Positions 28,813 to 38,070 of a stretch of DNA of 64,000 nt are shown here, in pieces (the stretch's first letter is position 1; each line of letters begins with the position of its first letter). Origin of the DNA: Candidatus Eremiobacteria bacterium (GTDB lineage Bacteria; Vulcanimicrobiota; Vulcanimicrobiia; Vulcanimicrobiales; Vulcanimicrobiaceae); NCBI GenBank assembly GCA_963737065.1, contig CAVTRC010000001.1, positions 960,001-1,024,000 on the forward strand, in the 5' to 3' direction. The position numbers and the translations under genes were made by a program. The notes under the pieces were generated by a model. It was not told the origin of the DNA. It was given only the letters and a program-made list of their open reading frames with translations, and did not search any database.

Positions 28813-29598
28813 CGAGAACTGCACGCCGCTCCAAAACGCGCCGAATTCCGCGTATCGCGCACTCGCTTCGTCGAATCGCATCTCGTAAATCAACTTCTTG
28901 AAGATCAGTGGATCGTCGGCATAAAGGTCGACGCCCCATTCGAAATCGTCGAACCCGATCGATCCGGAAATCACTTGTGTCACGAGCCCGTGATACGAGC
29001 GGCCGACCTTGCCGTGCTCGTTCATGAGCTTCGTGCGATCGCTGTACGGAAGCATGAACCAATTGTCAGCGCCGTCGCGCTTCTTGTTCATCGGATAGAA
29101 ACACACGTATCGGCGTTGCGGGATTTTTGCCCAGAGACGCGGGCCGACATGCGCGCTTTCGGCTTGCTTACGCACGAGTTCGTCGAATGCCGCAATCCAC
29201 TCGTGGCTATGCGGGGTCAACTCGCGCGACTTCAGCTCGGCGTGAATCTTCGCCGTCGCGTCGTACATGCCGAGCTCGAGCACCGAGACATACGATCCAA
29301 GCGGCGCAAGATACTCGCAGAGCGCGAGCTTGTCGACGAGCGTCTGCGCGTACGCCAGCCCTTCGTATGTGCGCGCGTAGTGCGTGAGCATAAAATCGCC
29401 TTTGTGACCGACGATCTGCGCGAGCCCGACATCGCCGTCTTTTCCCGACTGCAAGTGCTCGAAGAGGTCCTTCGCATGCGACGCGTACTTCGCGCGGCGC
29501 TTCTCGGAGAGCGCGTCCCACGCGCGGCGGTCGAGCGCGAACATGCGATGGAGTATCCACCAACCTTCGAGCGATTCCGGAACGTTCGGATCGCGCAT
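28750..29598 (-). CDS. hemQ: Coproheme decarboxylase (HemQ/ChdC, chlorite dismutase family)
   Basis: SLEGW, GHKGD, YVSVLEL, FYPMNKKR, EHGKVGR, SIGFDDFEWGV, MRFDEASARYAEFG. Confidence 0.9.
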   Translation of the reverse strand: MRDPNVPESLEGWWILHRMFALDRRAWDALSEKRRAKYASHAKDLFEHLQSGKDGDVGLAQIVGHKGDFMLTHYARTYEGLAYAQTLVDKLALCEYLAPLGSYVSVLELGMYDATAKIHAELKSRELTPHSHEWIAAFDELVRKQAESAHVGPRLWAKIPQRRYVCFYPMNKKRDGADNWFMLPYSDRTKLMNEHGKVGRSYHGLVTQVISGSIGFDDFEWGVDLYADDPLIFKKLIYEMRFDEASARYAEFGAFWSGVQFSSHELRVFLEGDAVPSLETPA

Positions 29599-30581
29599 CA
29601 GTGCGCCGCTCCGCGGGCGAGCGCTTTGACCCGGTGCATCTCGGCTTCCACTTCGGCGACGAGCGCTTCGGGACGCTCGCGGTACTTCGCCCACAGCTGC
29701 GGCATGTTCGCGATATCATCGAGCACGCGCGCGTACACGGCGTTGACCGGCGTCGGTACGTTGTACTCACGCCCCGCGGCGGCGACGGCTCCGTTGAGCA
29801 CGTCGACTTCCGTCTGCGGTTTGCCTTGCCGCAAGTCCAGCAGCAGCGACGGCAATTTCGTGCCTCGCGCGCCCGCGACGCGACCCGCCATAACGCGGCG
29901 CGCAACGGGGCTCGGCAGCGAGGCTGCGCTGAAGAGTGCTTTAACCGGATAGCGCGGCAGATCGATCGGCGTGAGATTCATCGCCGCCATGACGGCGCGC
30001 ACTTCGCGGATCATCCGGATTTCGAGCGCGAAGATCTTGTCGAAGTGCACGAGCCGGTTGGGCAGCACGTTCAAGATCGCGCAGCTCGCGTTCGCGACGA
30101 CGTTGAGCGCCAGTTTACTCCACTTGAGCGCGCGCCAATCGTCGACGACTTTCACCTTCAACCGCGTGCTTGCGAAGGTCGCGACGAGCCAGTTGAACGC
30201 GCTCGATCCGACCGGCGCGAACGCAAGTCCGCCGTCATGCGTGGCGTTCGCATGCCCTTCGCGATCTCGGTCGACCGGAACGGTGAGCGCCGATGCCACC
30301 ACGTTATCCGCACCGAAGACCGCGGCGAGTTTTCGCTCGTTACCGACGCCGTTCTGCGGCGAGACGAACACGGTGTTCTGCGGATCCGGGATTGCGCGGC
30401 GCAGCGTTTCGATCGCGCCGTCGGTGTCGTACGCCTTCACGGCCACAATCGCGACGTCGGCTTGAAAGGGCGTGACGTCCGCGAGCGAGCGCGGTGCATA
30501 GACAACCTCGACGCCGATCGACGCGAGTAAGTCGCCTAAATACGTGCCGACCGCGCCGCGTCCGACGATGTAGACCTTCAC
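29598..30581 (-). CDS. panE: 2-dehydropantoate 2-reductase family protein
   Basis: [31 protein letters not shown]...[10 protein letters not shown]. Confidence 0.88.
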   Translation of the reverse strand: MKVYIVGRGAVGTYLGDLLASIGVEVVYAPRSLADVTPFQADVAIVAVKAYDTDGAIETLRRAIPDPQNTVFVSPQNGVGNERKLAAVFGADNVVASALTVPVDRDREGHANATHDGGLAFAPVGSSAFNWLVATFASTRLKVKVVDDWRALKWSKLALNVVANASCAILNVLPNRLVHFDKIFALEIRMIREVRAVMAAMNLTPIDLPRYPVKALFSAASLPSPVARRVMAGRVAGARGTKLPSLLLDLRQGKPQTEVDVLNGAVAAAGREYNVPTPVNAVYARVLDDIANMPQLWAKYRERPEALVAEVEAEMHRVKALARGAAH

Positions 30582-31036
30582 GACGCAAGCCCCGTGCTTC
30601 CGAATCCGTTCGCTCCGCGCAGCGATTCCGGCAACTCCTCCACGACCGAAAATTCCGCACGGGTCACCGGCGCGACGATCATCTGCGCGATACGATCGCC
30701 GCGCCTGATAACCGCCGGTTCTTTCCCGAGGTTCACGAGGAGCACTTGCAGGTGGCCGCGATAGTCGGCGTCGATCGTGCCCGGCGTGTTGAGGCACGTA
30801 ACGCCCGTTTTGAGGGCAAGCCCGCTGCGCGGACGGATCTGTGCTTCGTATCCGGGCGGCAGCGCAATCGCGATGCCGGTCGGGACGAGTGCGCGCATTC
30901 CGGGCTGGAGCGTGACGTCATCGCGGAGTGCTGCGTAGAGATCGGCGCCTGCAGCGAGATCGCTCATATAGGAAGGCAGCGGTAAGCCTTGCGACTCCGG
31001 CAGACGCTTCAACGCGACGCGCACCTGAGAGTTCAT
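30578..31036 (-). CDS. dut: dUTP diphosphatase
   Basis: [35 protein letters not shown]. Confidence 0.97.
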   Translation of the reverse strand: MNSQVRVALKRLPESQGLPLPSYMSDLAAGADLYAALRDDVTLQPGMRALVPTGIAIALPPGYEAQIRPRSGLALKTGVTCLNTPGTIDADYRGHLQVLLVNLGKEPAVIRRGDRIAQMIVAPVTRAEFSVVEELPESLRGANGFGSTGLAS

Positions 31037-31046
31037 GTAAAGTGCG

Positions 31047-31499
31047 TCATTTAGAAAGAAGCTGCGATAACTCTTCTCTGAAGGTTTCGATGTCGCGGAA
31101 CGAACGGTACACGCTTGCGAAGCGAATGTATGCGACGGGATCGAGCTTCTTCAGCGCTTCCATGAGCTTCTCGCCGACCATCGTAGAGCTCACTTCACTC
31201 TCACCGCGCGCGAAGAGATCGCGTTCGAGGTCGGCAGCGACGACTTCCATCTGGCTATCTGAGATCGGACGCTTCTCACATGCCTTGCGAAGGCCGTTCA
31301 GAATCTTCTCGCGACTGTATTGCTCGCGGCGTCCGTCCTTCTTTACGACGAAGAGGCGCGGCGCTTCCATGCGCTCGTATGTGGTAAAGCGGTGCTTGCA
31401 GCGCAGGTCCAAACACTCGCGCCGGCGCCGGACCACGGTTTCATCGTCACGAGAGTCGACGACGCGCGTCTCACTCTTACGACAGGTTGGACAGATCAG
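31047..31499 (-). CDS. nrdR: Transcriptional repressor NrdR (CTG start)
   Basis: (M)ICPTC...VVDSR...[20 protein letters not shown] cone, [12 protein letters not shown]; in-frame TAG directly precedes the CTG. Confidence 0.96.
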   Translation of the reverse strand: MICPTCRKSETRVVDSRDDETVVRRRRECLDLRCKHRFTTYERMEAPRLFVVKKDGRREQYSREKILNGLRKACEKRPISDSQMEVVAADLERDLFARGESEVSSTMVGEKLMEALKKLDPVAYIRFASVYRSFRDIETFREELSQLLSK

Positions 31500-31516
31500 C
31501 TAGCAGTCTCCGCTCA

Positions 31517-31532
31517 CCACTACATAGTGGGG
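31517..31532. promoter_or_regulatory. NrdR box (CCACTACATAGTGGGG)
   Basis: Palindromic; matches 11/16 positions of the acaCwAtATaTwGtgt consensus; lies between the -10 and the SD of nrdR. Confidence 0.7.
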
Positions 31533-31539
31533 TGTTCGT

Positions 31540-31568
31540 ATTATACGGTACTACCGCTAGTAACGCAA
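31540..31568 (-). promoter_or_regulatory. Sigma70 promoter TTGCGT-N17-TATAAT for the nrdR operon
   Basis: Perfect -10, 17-nt spacer. Confidence 0.8.
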
Positions 31569-31597
31569 AAAGGCCACCCGAAGATGGGCGGCCCTCT
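31567..31597 (-). terminator. Rho-independent terminator
   Basis: Minus-strand GGCCGCCC-ATCTTC-GGGTGGCC stem followed by TTTTT. Confidence 0.75.
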
Positions 31598-31604
31598 GAA
31601 AATT

Positions 31605-31670
31605 GCGGTTATCCGCGAAGTGCGGTTCTGCGCGAACTCGCGGTCCTGCGCGAGTTGCGGTCCCGCGCTG
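31605..31670. repeat. Four degenerate 17-18-bp tandem repeats (GCGGTnnnnCGCGAnnT)
   Basis: gcggttatccgcgaagt / gcggttctgcgcgaactc / gcggtcctgcgcgagtt / gcggtcccgcgctg. Confidence 0.65.
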
Positions 31671-32023
31671 ACGTCTTCCGCGGCGCGCCGCGAGCTAGAT
31701 TTGCTTCGTGGCTAGGCGCGGAAGGGCGAAGTTGCGATTGTGCGCTGACATCTTCCGCGGCGCGCCGCGAGCTAGATTTGCTTCGTGGCTAGGCGCGGAA
31801 GGGCGAAGTTGCGATTGTGCGCTGACATCTTCCGCGGCGCGCCGCGAGCTAGATTTGCTTCGTGGCTAGGCGCGGAAGGGCGAAGTTGCGATTGTGCGCT
31901 GACATCTTCCGCGGCGCGCCGCGAGCTAGATTTGCTTCGTGGCTAGGCGCGGAAGGGCGAAGTTGCCTTTGGGCAATGAGCCCTTACGCAACGACGCCAC
32001 GGAGCAAATCTAGCTCGCGGCGC
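31665..32023. repeat. Tandem array of four 77-bp hairpin units plus an inverted 28-bp arm (REP/MITE-like)
   Basis: Units start at 31665, 31742, 31819 and 31896 (last one truncated at 31966); 31996-32023 is the reverse complement (27/28) of the unit core. Confidence 0.92.
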
Positions 32024-32159
32024 CGATTTTGAACATTTTGGTTCCGCACTCCGGGCACTTGCCTTCGGTTGCGGGACGGCCGTTCTTCATCGTGATTTGA
32101 ACGGCGTCTTTGATTTGTCGCTTTGTCTTGCACTTGACGCAATAGGCTTCTGCTGCCAC
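32010..32159 (-). CDS. 49-aa zinc-ribbon protein (DUF5679-like)
   Basis: GGAGG SD, GTG start; EAYCVKCK...MKNGRPATEGKCPECGTKMFKIG. Confidence 0.88.
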   Translation of the reverse strand: MAAEAYCVKCKTKRQIKDAVQITMKNGRPATEGKCPECGTKMFKIGAAS

Positions 32160-32288
32160 CTGAGGATCCTCCCGAAGAGCTGGGCTGTTGCGGCTGGCCG
32201 TATTCGGGTACGCGGGCGTGCCTCCTTGGTGCGCGCGACGCAGGCCGTCCTGCTTGCTTTGCCTCAGCCGGCGCGTGAATGCACGAGC

Positions 32289-33140
32289 GTGGATGGCGCA
32301 TGTTACGTCGAGCGCGAACGCTTCGAAGAGCTTCGCGGGGATCGCGGCTTTCCGTGGCAAGGAGCGGGCCTCTGGTCTCGCGGCTGCCTGGACGGCCTGC
32401 GTCGTCCGTGCGTCGCGATCGTCGGCACCCGGGCACCCAGCGGCTACGGGCGTCGCCTGGCACGGACGTTCGCGCGCGAACTCGGCGCGGCGGCATGCTG
32501 CATCATTTCGGGGCTTGCGCTCGGCATCGATGCCGCCGCGCATGAGGGCGCGCTCGACGCGGGCGCACCGACGATTGGGATCCTCGGCAGCGGCCATGCG
32601 GCGTTCTTCCCCCGGCGCAATGAGGACGTCGCGCATCGCATGGTCGACGCGGGCGGAGCGGTGCTTTCACTGTGGCCGCCCGGCCATCGCGCGTTCCCAA
32701 GCCAATTCCTCGAGCGTAACGCCGTCGTCGCGGCCCTCGCCGACGCCGTCGTCGTCATCGAGGCACCCGCGCGCAGCGGCGCGTTGAACACGGCCAACTG
32801 GGCAGCCGGACACATTCCGGTCCTCGCGGTCCCGGGCGATGTCGATCGCAAGCACGTTGAGGGATGTCATGCACTCATACGCGACGGCGCGATCCTGGCT
32901 CGCACGGCGGCTGACGTTCTTGAGGTGCTCAACGTCTCGTTTGCGCAATGTGCGCCCGCGCTGCCGCAGCACACCGGACTCGAGGGCGCAATCCTCACCG
33001 CACTGGCACAGGGAGAGTGCGGCCTCGACGAGCTCGCGGAGGCGAGTGACCGGACTGCCGCAGAGATTCTCGCCGCGCTTGCGATGCTCGAATTCGAAGG
33101 ACGCGTCGAGCGACGCGACGGCCGCTATGCGCTATGCTGA
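32289..33140 (+). CDS. dprA: DNA-processing protein DprA
   Basis: VAIVGTR, ISGLALGIDAAAHEGAL, FLERN, VIEAPARSGALNTA, C-terminal wHTH; start approximate. Confidence 0.93.
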   Translation: MDGACYVERERFEELRGDRGFPWQGAGLWSRGCLDGLRRPCVAIVGTRAPSGYGRRLARTFARELGAAACCIISGLALGIDAAAHEGALDAGAPTIGILGSGHAAFFPRRNEDVAHRMVDAGGAVLSLWPPGHRAFPSQFLERNAVVAALADAVVVIEAPARSGALNTANWAAGHIPVLAVPGDVDRKHVEGCHALIRDGAILARTAADVLEVLNVSFAQCAPALPQHTGLEGAILTALAQGECGLDELAEASDRTAAEILAALAMLEFEGRVERRDGRYALC

Positions 33141-33144
33141 GGCC

Positions 33145-33606
33145 ATGCAGCTTCGGCTTATTGCCGTGGACAAACTTCGCGTACCGTACGTCGCGGACGC
33201 GTGCGCGGAATTCCGTAAACGCTTGCGTCCGTATGCGGCGTACGAAGAAATCGAAGTACGCGCCGCGCCGGGCAGCAATCCGGGCGAGGCGATTCGCGAC
33301 GAGACCGAGCGCATTTTGCGGCTGCTCCGTCGCGACGAAACGGTCTGGCTCCTGGAACGCACCGGAAACGAACTCTCGAGCGACGTGCTCTCACGGAAGA
33401 TCGACATGTTAGCGCATGCCGGAACGTCGCGACTTACCTTGATCGTCGCCGGAACATACGGTGCCGGCGACGCGCTCGTCGAACGAGCAGACTTCAAATG
33501 GTCGCTCTCGCAACTGACGTTTCTTCACGAGTGGGCACGCATGATCGTGCTGGAACAGCTCTATCGCGCGGCGAAGATTTCGCGCAATGAACCCTATCAT
33601 CACTAG
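33145..33606 (+). CDS. rlmH: 23S rRNA (pseudouridine1915-N3)-methyltransferase
   Basis: SLSQLTFLHEWARMIVLEQLYRA...PYHH. Confidence 0.95.
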   Translation: MQLRLIAVDKLRVPYVADACAEFRKRLRPYAAYEEIEVRAAPGSNPGEAIRDETERILRLLRRDETVWLLERTGNELSSDVLSRKIDMLAHAGTSRLTLIVAGTYGAGDALVERADFKWSLSQLTFLHEWARMIVLEQLYRAAKISRNEPYHH

Positions 33607-33616
33607 GACCTCCGCC

Positions 33617-35281
33617 ATGCTGCCCGATGATGCGCTCAATGCGTTTGCCGCAGCGCTGAACGATGCGATCGTCGCGCGTTATCCGGAGGCAAACGCGGCA
33701 AAGGTGGGCTTCGAAGCGCCGCGCCGGCCCGAGTTCGGCGATTTCGCGACGAACGTCGCGTTTTCGCTGGCGAAGATTGCGCGCCGTTCTCCGAACGATG
33801 TCGCGTCGACGATCATTGCCGATCTGCGCGAAGCTGCGCCGAACGTTGCGGCGCTGTTCTCCAGTATCGAAGCCGTCGCCGGGTTCATCAATCTGCGCGT
33901 CGCGCCGGTAGTCTGGCAAACGCTGATTGCGACGATCTTGCGCGACGGTTCGTCGTACGGCAAACATCCGCCGAACGGGACAAAGATCTCGCTCGAATTC
34001 GGCAGCGCGAACCCGACGGGTCCACTCGTCGTCGTCCAAGGACGTACGCTATCGATCGGCGATACGCTCGTGCGCGCGTTCCGCTTCTGCGGCTACGACG
34101 TGTTCGTCGAGTGGATCATCAACGATGCCGGCAGCCAGATCGAAACGCTCGGCCGCTCGTTGCACGCGCGCTACATGCAACGCTTCGACGCAACGTATCA
34201 GTTGCCGGAGGAAGCCTACCCAGGCGACTATTTGATTCCGATCGCGCAAGCGATCGCGCAGCGTGACGGCGAGAAGTGGCGGTCTTCACCCGAAACGGAG
34301 TGGCTGCCGTACTTTGCAAGACTCGGCCGCGATGCGATTGTGGCGCAGCAACGGGCGACGGCCGAGCGTTTCGGCGTTCATTACGATCTTTGGCAAAGCG
34401 AAAAAGAGCTGCGCGAAAGCGGGCGCATGAGCGAAGATTTAGAGAAGCTGCGTGCCATGGGATTGATCTATGAGTCCGAAGGAGCACAATACTTTCGCAC
34501 GTCGGAATTCGGCGACGATAAAGATCGCGTGATCGTTCGAAGCGACGGGTCACCGACGTACTTTGCGCCCGACATTGCGTACCATTTCGAAAAACTCAAT
34601 CGCGCGGACCGCGTCATCGACATTTTGGGGCCCGACCATCACGGCTACATCGGACGCTTGAAAGCGGCCGCTGCGGCGATGGGCTTCGACGGCCATCTCG
34701 ACGTGCTGATTTCCCAACAAGTCACGCTGCTGCGCGGCGGCGAGCAGGTCAGCATGAGCAAACGCGCGGGCGATATCATCGAACTCGATGATATTCTCGA
34801 CGAAGTCGGGGTCGACGCTGCGCGATTCTTTTTTGCGATGCTTGCCGTCGACTCGCCGCTCACGTTCGACCTCGAGCTCGCCGTCGAACAGAGCAACGAG
34901 AACCCGGTGTACTACGTCCAATACGGACACGCGCGGATCGCGTCCGTGCTGAAGCATGCCGACCCGCAAGACGTTGAAGCGGCACGCGACCGCCGAACGT
35001 CGCTTGCTGCATTGCGAGAGCGGTCGGAGATCGCCCTCGCGCGGCGGTTGTGGGAGTTTCCGAACGTTGTGCGCGGCGTGGTCGAGCACGAAGCGCCGCA
35101 CCGGCTCGCGAAGTACGCGCGCGACGTTGCATCGGACTTCCATCAGTTTTACACGGAGTGCCGAATTTTGGTCGACGACCGGGACACCCGGCTGGCACGG
35201 CTCGCACTCTGTATCGCAGCCAAAACGGTCCTTGCGGAAGTTTTGGATCTGATCGGCGTCTCCGCGCCGGAAAGCATGTAG
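33617..35281 (+). CDS. argS: Arginine--tRNA ligase
   Basis: FGDFATN, GFINL, SANPTGP, FGDDKDRV, DHHGY, MSKRAG, YVQYGHAR, APESM terminus. Confidence 0.97.
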   Translation: MLPDDALNAFAAALNDAIVARYPEANAAKVGFEAPRRPEFGDFATNVAFSLAKIARRSPNDVASTIIADLREAAPNVAALFSSIEAVAGFINLRVAPVVWQTLIATILRDGSSYGKHPPNGTKISLEFGSANPTGPLVVVQGRTLSIGDTLVRAFRFCGYDVFVEWIINDAGSQIETLGRSLHARYMQRFDATYQLPEEAYPGDYLIPIAQAIAQRDGEKWRSSPETEWLPYFARLGRDAIVAQQRATAERFGVHYDLWQSEKELRESGRMSEDLEKLRAMGLIYESEGAQYFRTSEFGDDKDRVIVRSDGSPTYFAPDIAYHFEKLNRADRVIDILGPDHHGYIGRLKAAAAAMGFDGHLDVLISQQVTLLRGGEQVSMSKRAGDIIELDDILDEVGVDAARFFFAMLAVDSPLTFDLELAVEQSNENPVYYVQYGHARIASVLKHADPQDVEAARDRRTSLAALRERSEIALARRLWEFPNVVRGVVEHEAPHRLAKYARDVASDFHQFYTECRILVDDRDTRLARLALCIAAKTVLAEVLDLIGVSAPESM

Positions 35282-35283
35282 AA

Positions 35284-36027
35284 ATGGGCGAGTACAAGAA
35301 GCAGCTTCGCGAGCTGCAGATCCGGCTCGTGGATTTCGAACGCCGCGTCATCACGCACGGCTGGAAGGTGCTGCTGATCTTCGAAGGGCGCGACGGCAGC
35401 GGGAAAGACGGCACGATCAAACGCGTTACCGAACACTTGAGTCCGCGCGAAACGCGCATCGTCGCGCTCGGCAAGCCGACTGAACGCGAGACGACGCAGT
35501 GGTACTTCGAACGGTGGACGCCCCATCTTCCCGCCGCGCAAGAAGTCGTGTGTTTCAACCGCAGCTGGTACAATCGCGCGGGCGTCGAGCACGTCATGGG
35601 CTTTTGCACCGGCGATGAGTACGAAGCGTTCATGGAGACCGTCCCAACGTTCGAAACGATGCTCATTCGCTCGGGCATCTCGTTGATCAAATACTACTTG
35701 GACATCAGCAAAGACGAGCAGAAAAAACGTCTCGAAGACCGTAAGACCGATCCGCTCAAACAGTGGAAGATCAGCCCGATCGACGAAACGGCGCTCAAGC
35801 ACTGGGATGCATATACCGAAGCGCGCGACGCAATGCTCCAACGCACGTCGTTTCACGACTCGCCGTGGGTCGTCGTCAGATCGAACGACAAGAAAGCCGC
35901 GCGTTGCAACGTGATTCGCGACATTTTGACGCGCATCGACCCCGATCACGCAGGCGAACACCCCGATCCATCGGTCGTCTTTCAATTCGAACCATCGGCG
36001 CTGCACGATGGCCGCCTCTCACGCTAG
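35284..36027 (+). CDS. ppk2: Polyphosphate kinase 2
   Basis: FEGRDGSGKDG Walker A, RSWYNRAGVEHVMGF, PLKQWKISP. Confidence 0.95.
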   Translation: MGEYKKQLRELQIRLVDFERRVITHGWKVLLIFEGRDGSGKDGTIKRVTEHLSPRETRIVALGKPTERETTQWYFERWTPHLPAAQEVVCFNRSWYNRAGVEHVMGFCTGDEYEAFMETVPTFETMLIRSGISLIKYYLDISKDEQKKRLEDRKTDPLKQWKISPIDETALKHWDAYTEARDAMLQRTSFHDSPWVVVRSNDKKAARCNVIRDILTRIDPDHAGEHPDPSVVFQFEPSALHDGRLSR

Positions 36028-36030
36028 CCG

Positions 36031-36546
36031 TTACGAAAGTACGGCGTCATTCCAAAATCGCAGCGTATCCGACGAAACACTTCGCCGTCCTGCGAGGCGT
36101 TCCGTATCGGCGATCTGTACGAGGCAGCCGTGCAGCGCACGCGCATCCGCATCAAGACCCAGGAGGCGCAGGCTCTTGAGGATGCGCGTCAGCCGCAGAT
36201 GATTGTGATTTCCCGCGGTGAGCCATTGGCGGTGCGACTCAAAGTCTCTCGCCCGGACGATCGCGTCATCAGAACGTTGCAAGCCGTAAAATGCAAGCAT
36301 TCGCTCCAGCGAACGCCGTAATGCCGCGCGCAGCGACGCATCGTTGCGGAATGCCTCGATCGTTACGTCGTTTGCGGGCGGCGCTTCCGGATTCACGCCG
36401 ATCGTGGTGATCGGAAAGAGCCACTGGATGTAATCGTGCGTCTCTTCCAGCTGTGCGTCGTCCCACGCAAGAATATCGTCGAGATACCGGCCGCGATTAT
36501 CCGGCGCGACCGCTCGATAGAACCGCACGAGCGGATCGCCGTTCAT
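36031..36546 (-). CDS. Opioid growth factor receptor (OGFr) conserved-domain protein
   Basis: LEETHDYIQWLFP, MLAFYG, NHNHLRLTRILKSL. Confidence 0.9.
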   Translation of the reverse strand: MNGDPLVRFYRAVAPDNRGRYLDDILAWDDAQLEETHDYIQWLFPITTIGVNPEAPPANDVTIEAFRNDASLRAALRRSLERMLAFYGLQRSDDAIVRARDFESHRQWLTAGNHNHLRLTRILKSLRLLGLDADARALHGCLVQIADTERLAGRRSVSSDTLRFWNDAVLS

Positions 36547-37619
36547 CCTTGATCCAGCTGCGAATGCAGCCACGGTGCGACGAAGTACCGCCACAGAATC
36601 TTGATCAGCGCGGCGGCCGGAATGCCGAGTAACAGTCCGGGAACCCCGAACAGTTCGCCGCCGGCGAAAACGGCAAACATCACGCCGATCGGTGATACGC
36701 CGACGGATTGGCCCATGATCTTCGGCACGAGGATGTTGTCGCTGATGCGCGCCATACCGAACATAATGACCTGCACCCACAGAATCATCCATCCGCCCTG
36801 CGGCGCGCACAAGACGACCGCGATCAATTGTGCGATCAGCATGCCGATTACCGGAATCGCGTAAGCGATCCCGCTGATGATTCCGATGATGAGCGAGAAC
36901 TTGAAACCGATCGCTGCCGTCGCGATCCAAATAACGATGCCGGTAATTGCGCTCACGATAACTTGACCGGAGATGTAGCTCCCGAACGTCTCGGTGATCT
37001 CCGTCGCGAGTTTACGCGCCGTCTCGCGTCGCGCGATGGGGAACATCGCGGCAAACCCCTCGGCGATCTGCGAACCGTTCAGCAAGAAGAAAAACGAAAG
37101 CACGATCGCGGAGAATGCGACGAAGAAAGCGACCGCGGTTCCGGCGACGATTGCAACAAACGAATTGAGCGTGCCTTGCGCGAGCGTTGCGAGAGAGTTG
37201 GTACTGAGCGCGCCTGCATTAAAGGCATTCGCCGGCGCTCGAAAACCCGGAATGTGATGCTGCAACCATAACTGCGCTTGCGAAAGCCAACCTTGCACGG
37301 TCGAGATGTATGCCGGCGTATTCTGAGCGAGGACGGTCAGCTGCGCGACCGTGAGTGGAACGATCACCGCCAGTCCCACCACGATGAGGAGCAGCAGCAC
37401 CGTAAACACGATCGCAATAGCGAGCGGCTTCGGCACGTTGCGCCGTTCCAGCTTCAAGCAGATCGGCTGAACGCCGAACGCGATGAATGCTGCGATCAAA
37501 AAGATCGAAAGCGTCCGCGGAATGTGTTCGGCGAAAATAAAGGCGAGGATAACGACGATCGCGACGGCGGTCGCGATCATGATCCGCCGCCATGCCCGCG
37601 GACTTACAACATTTTGCAC
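36543..37619 (-). CDS. AI-2E family transporter
   Basis: YISGQ, AIPVIG, NILVPKIMG, GVPGLLLGIP. Confidence 0.92.
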   Translation of the reverse strand: MQNVVSPRAWRRIMIATAVAIVVILAFIFAEHIPRTLSIFLIAAFIAFGVQPICLKLERRNVPKPLAIAIVFTVLLLLIVVGLAVIVPLTVAQLTVLAQNTPAYISTVQGWLSQAQLWLQHHIPGFRAPANAFNAGALSTNSLATLAQGTLNSFVAIVAGTAVAFFVAFSAIVLSFFFLLNGSQIAEGFAAMFPIARRETARKLATEITETFGSYISGQVIVSAITGIVIWIATAAIGFKFSLIIGIISGIAYAIPVIGMLIAQLIAVVLCAPQGGWMILWVQVIMFGMARISDNILVPKIMGQSVGVSPIGVMFAVFAGGELFGVPGLLLGIPAAALIKILWRYFVAPWLHSQLDQG

Positions 37620-38065
37620 AGCAGACGCCGCTCCGTGAGGTAGCCCGCACGTTCGTACAGTGCGCGCGCGGCTGCATTTTCTTCCGTCACCATCAGCGCC
37701 ATATACGGGAGGCCGCGCTTGCGCGCTTCATCTTCCGCCGCAGCGAGCAGCGCGGCGCCGATACCGCCGCCGCGCCGGCCCCGCTCGACCGCCATGTACG
37801 CGATGAAGCCTTGCTCTTGACCGGTGACTTCATCGGGAAGCGAATCGAGCATCAGAAGAAAGCCAACAGGTTCGCCCGCGTCGTCGGCAATGAGCGCCGC
37901 GTGCTCGCGACTCTGTACGATTCGGACCAGCCGGTCGAAATTCTGAATGACGTCGACTGGATTGGGACGCCGCATCGCTGCAACGCTATCCATCACCGTC
38001 CGTTTTCCAAGACCCTCGATGAACGCGACGTCGTCCACCGTCGCTGAGCGAATCGAGAGCTGCAT
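37604..38065 (-). CDS. GNAT family N-acetyltransferase
   Basis: MAV...RRGGGIGAALL, N..ARALYERAGY. Confidence 0.9.
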   Translation of the reverse strand: MQLSIRSATVDDVAFIEGLGKRTVMDSVAAMRRPNPVDVIQNFDRLVRIVQSREHAALIADDAGEPVGFLLMLDSLPDEVTGQEQGFIAYMAVERGRRGGGIGAALLAAAEDEARKRGLPYMALMVTEENAAARALYERAGYLTERRLLCKML

Positions 38066-38070
38066 CGGCG

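Noticed and set aside
31665..31966. CRISPR array
   Set aside because: Units are identical along their whole length with no unique spacers, and no cas genes are present in the window
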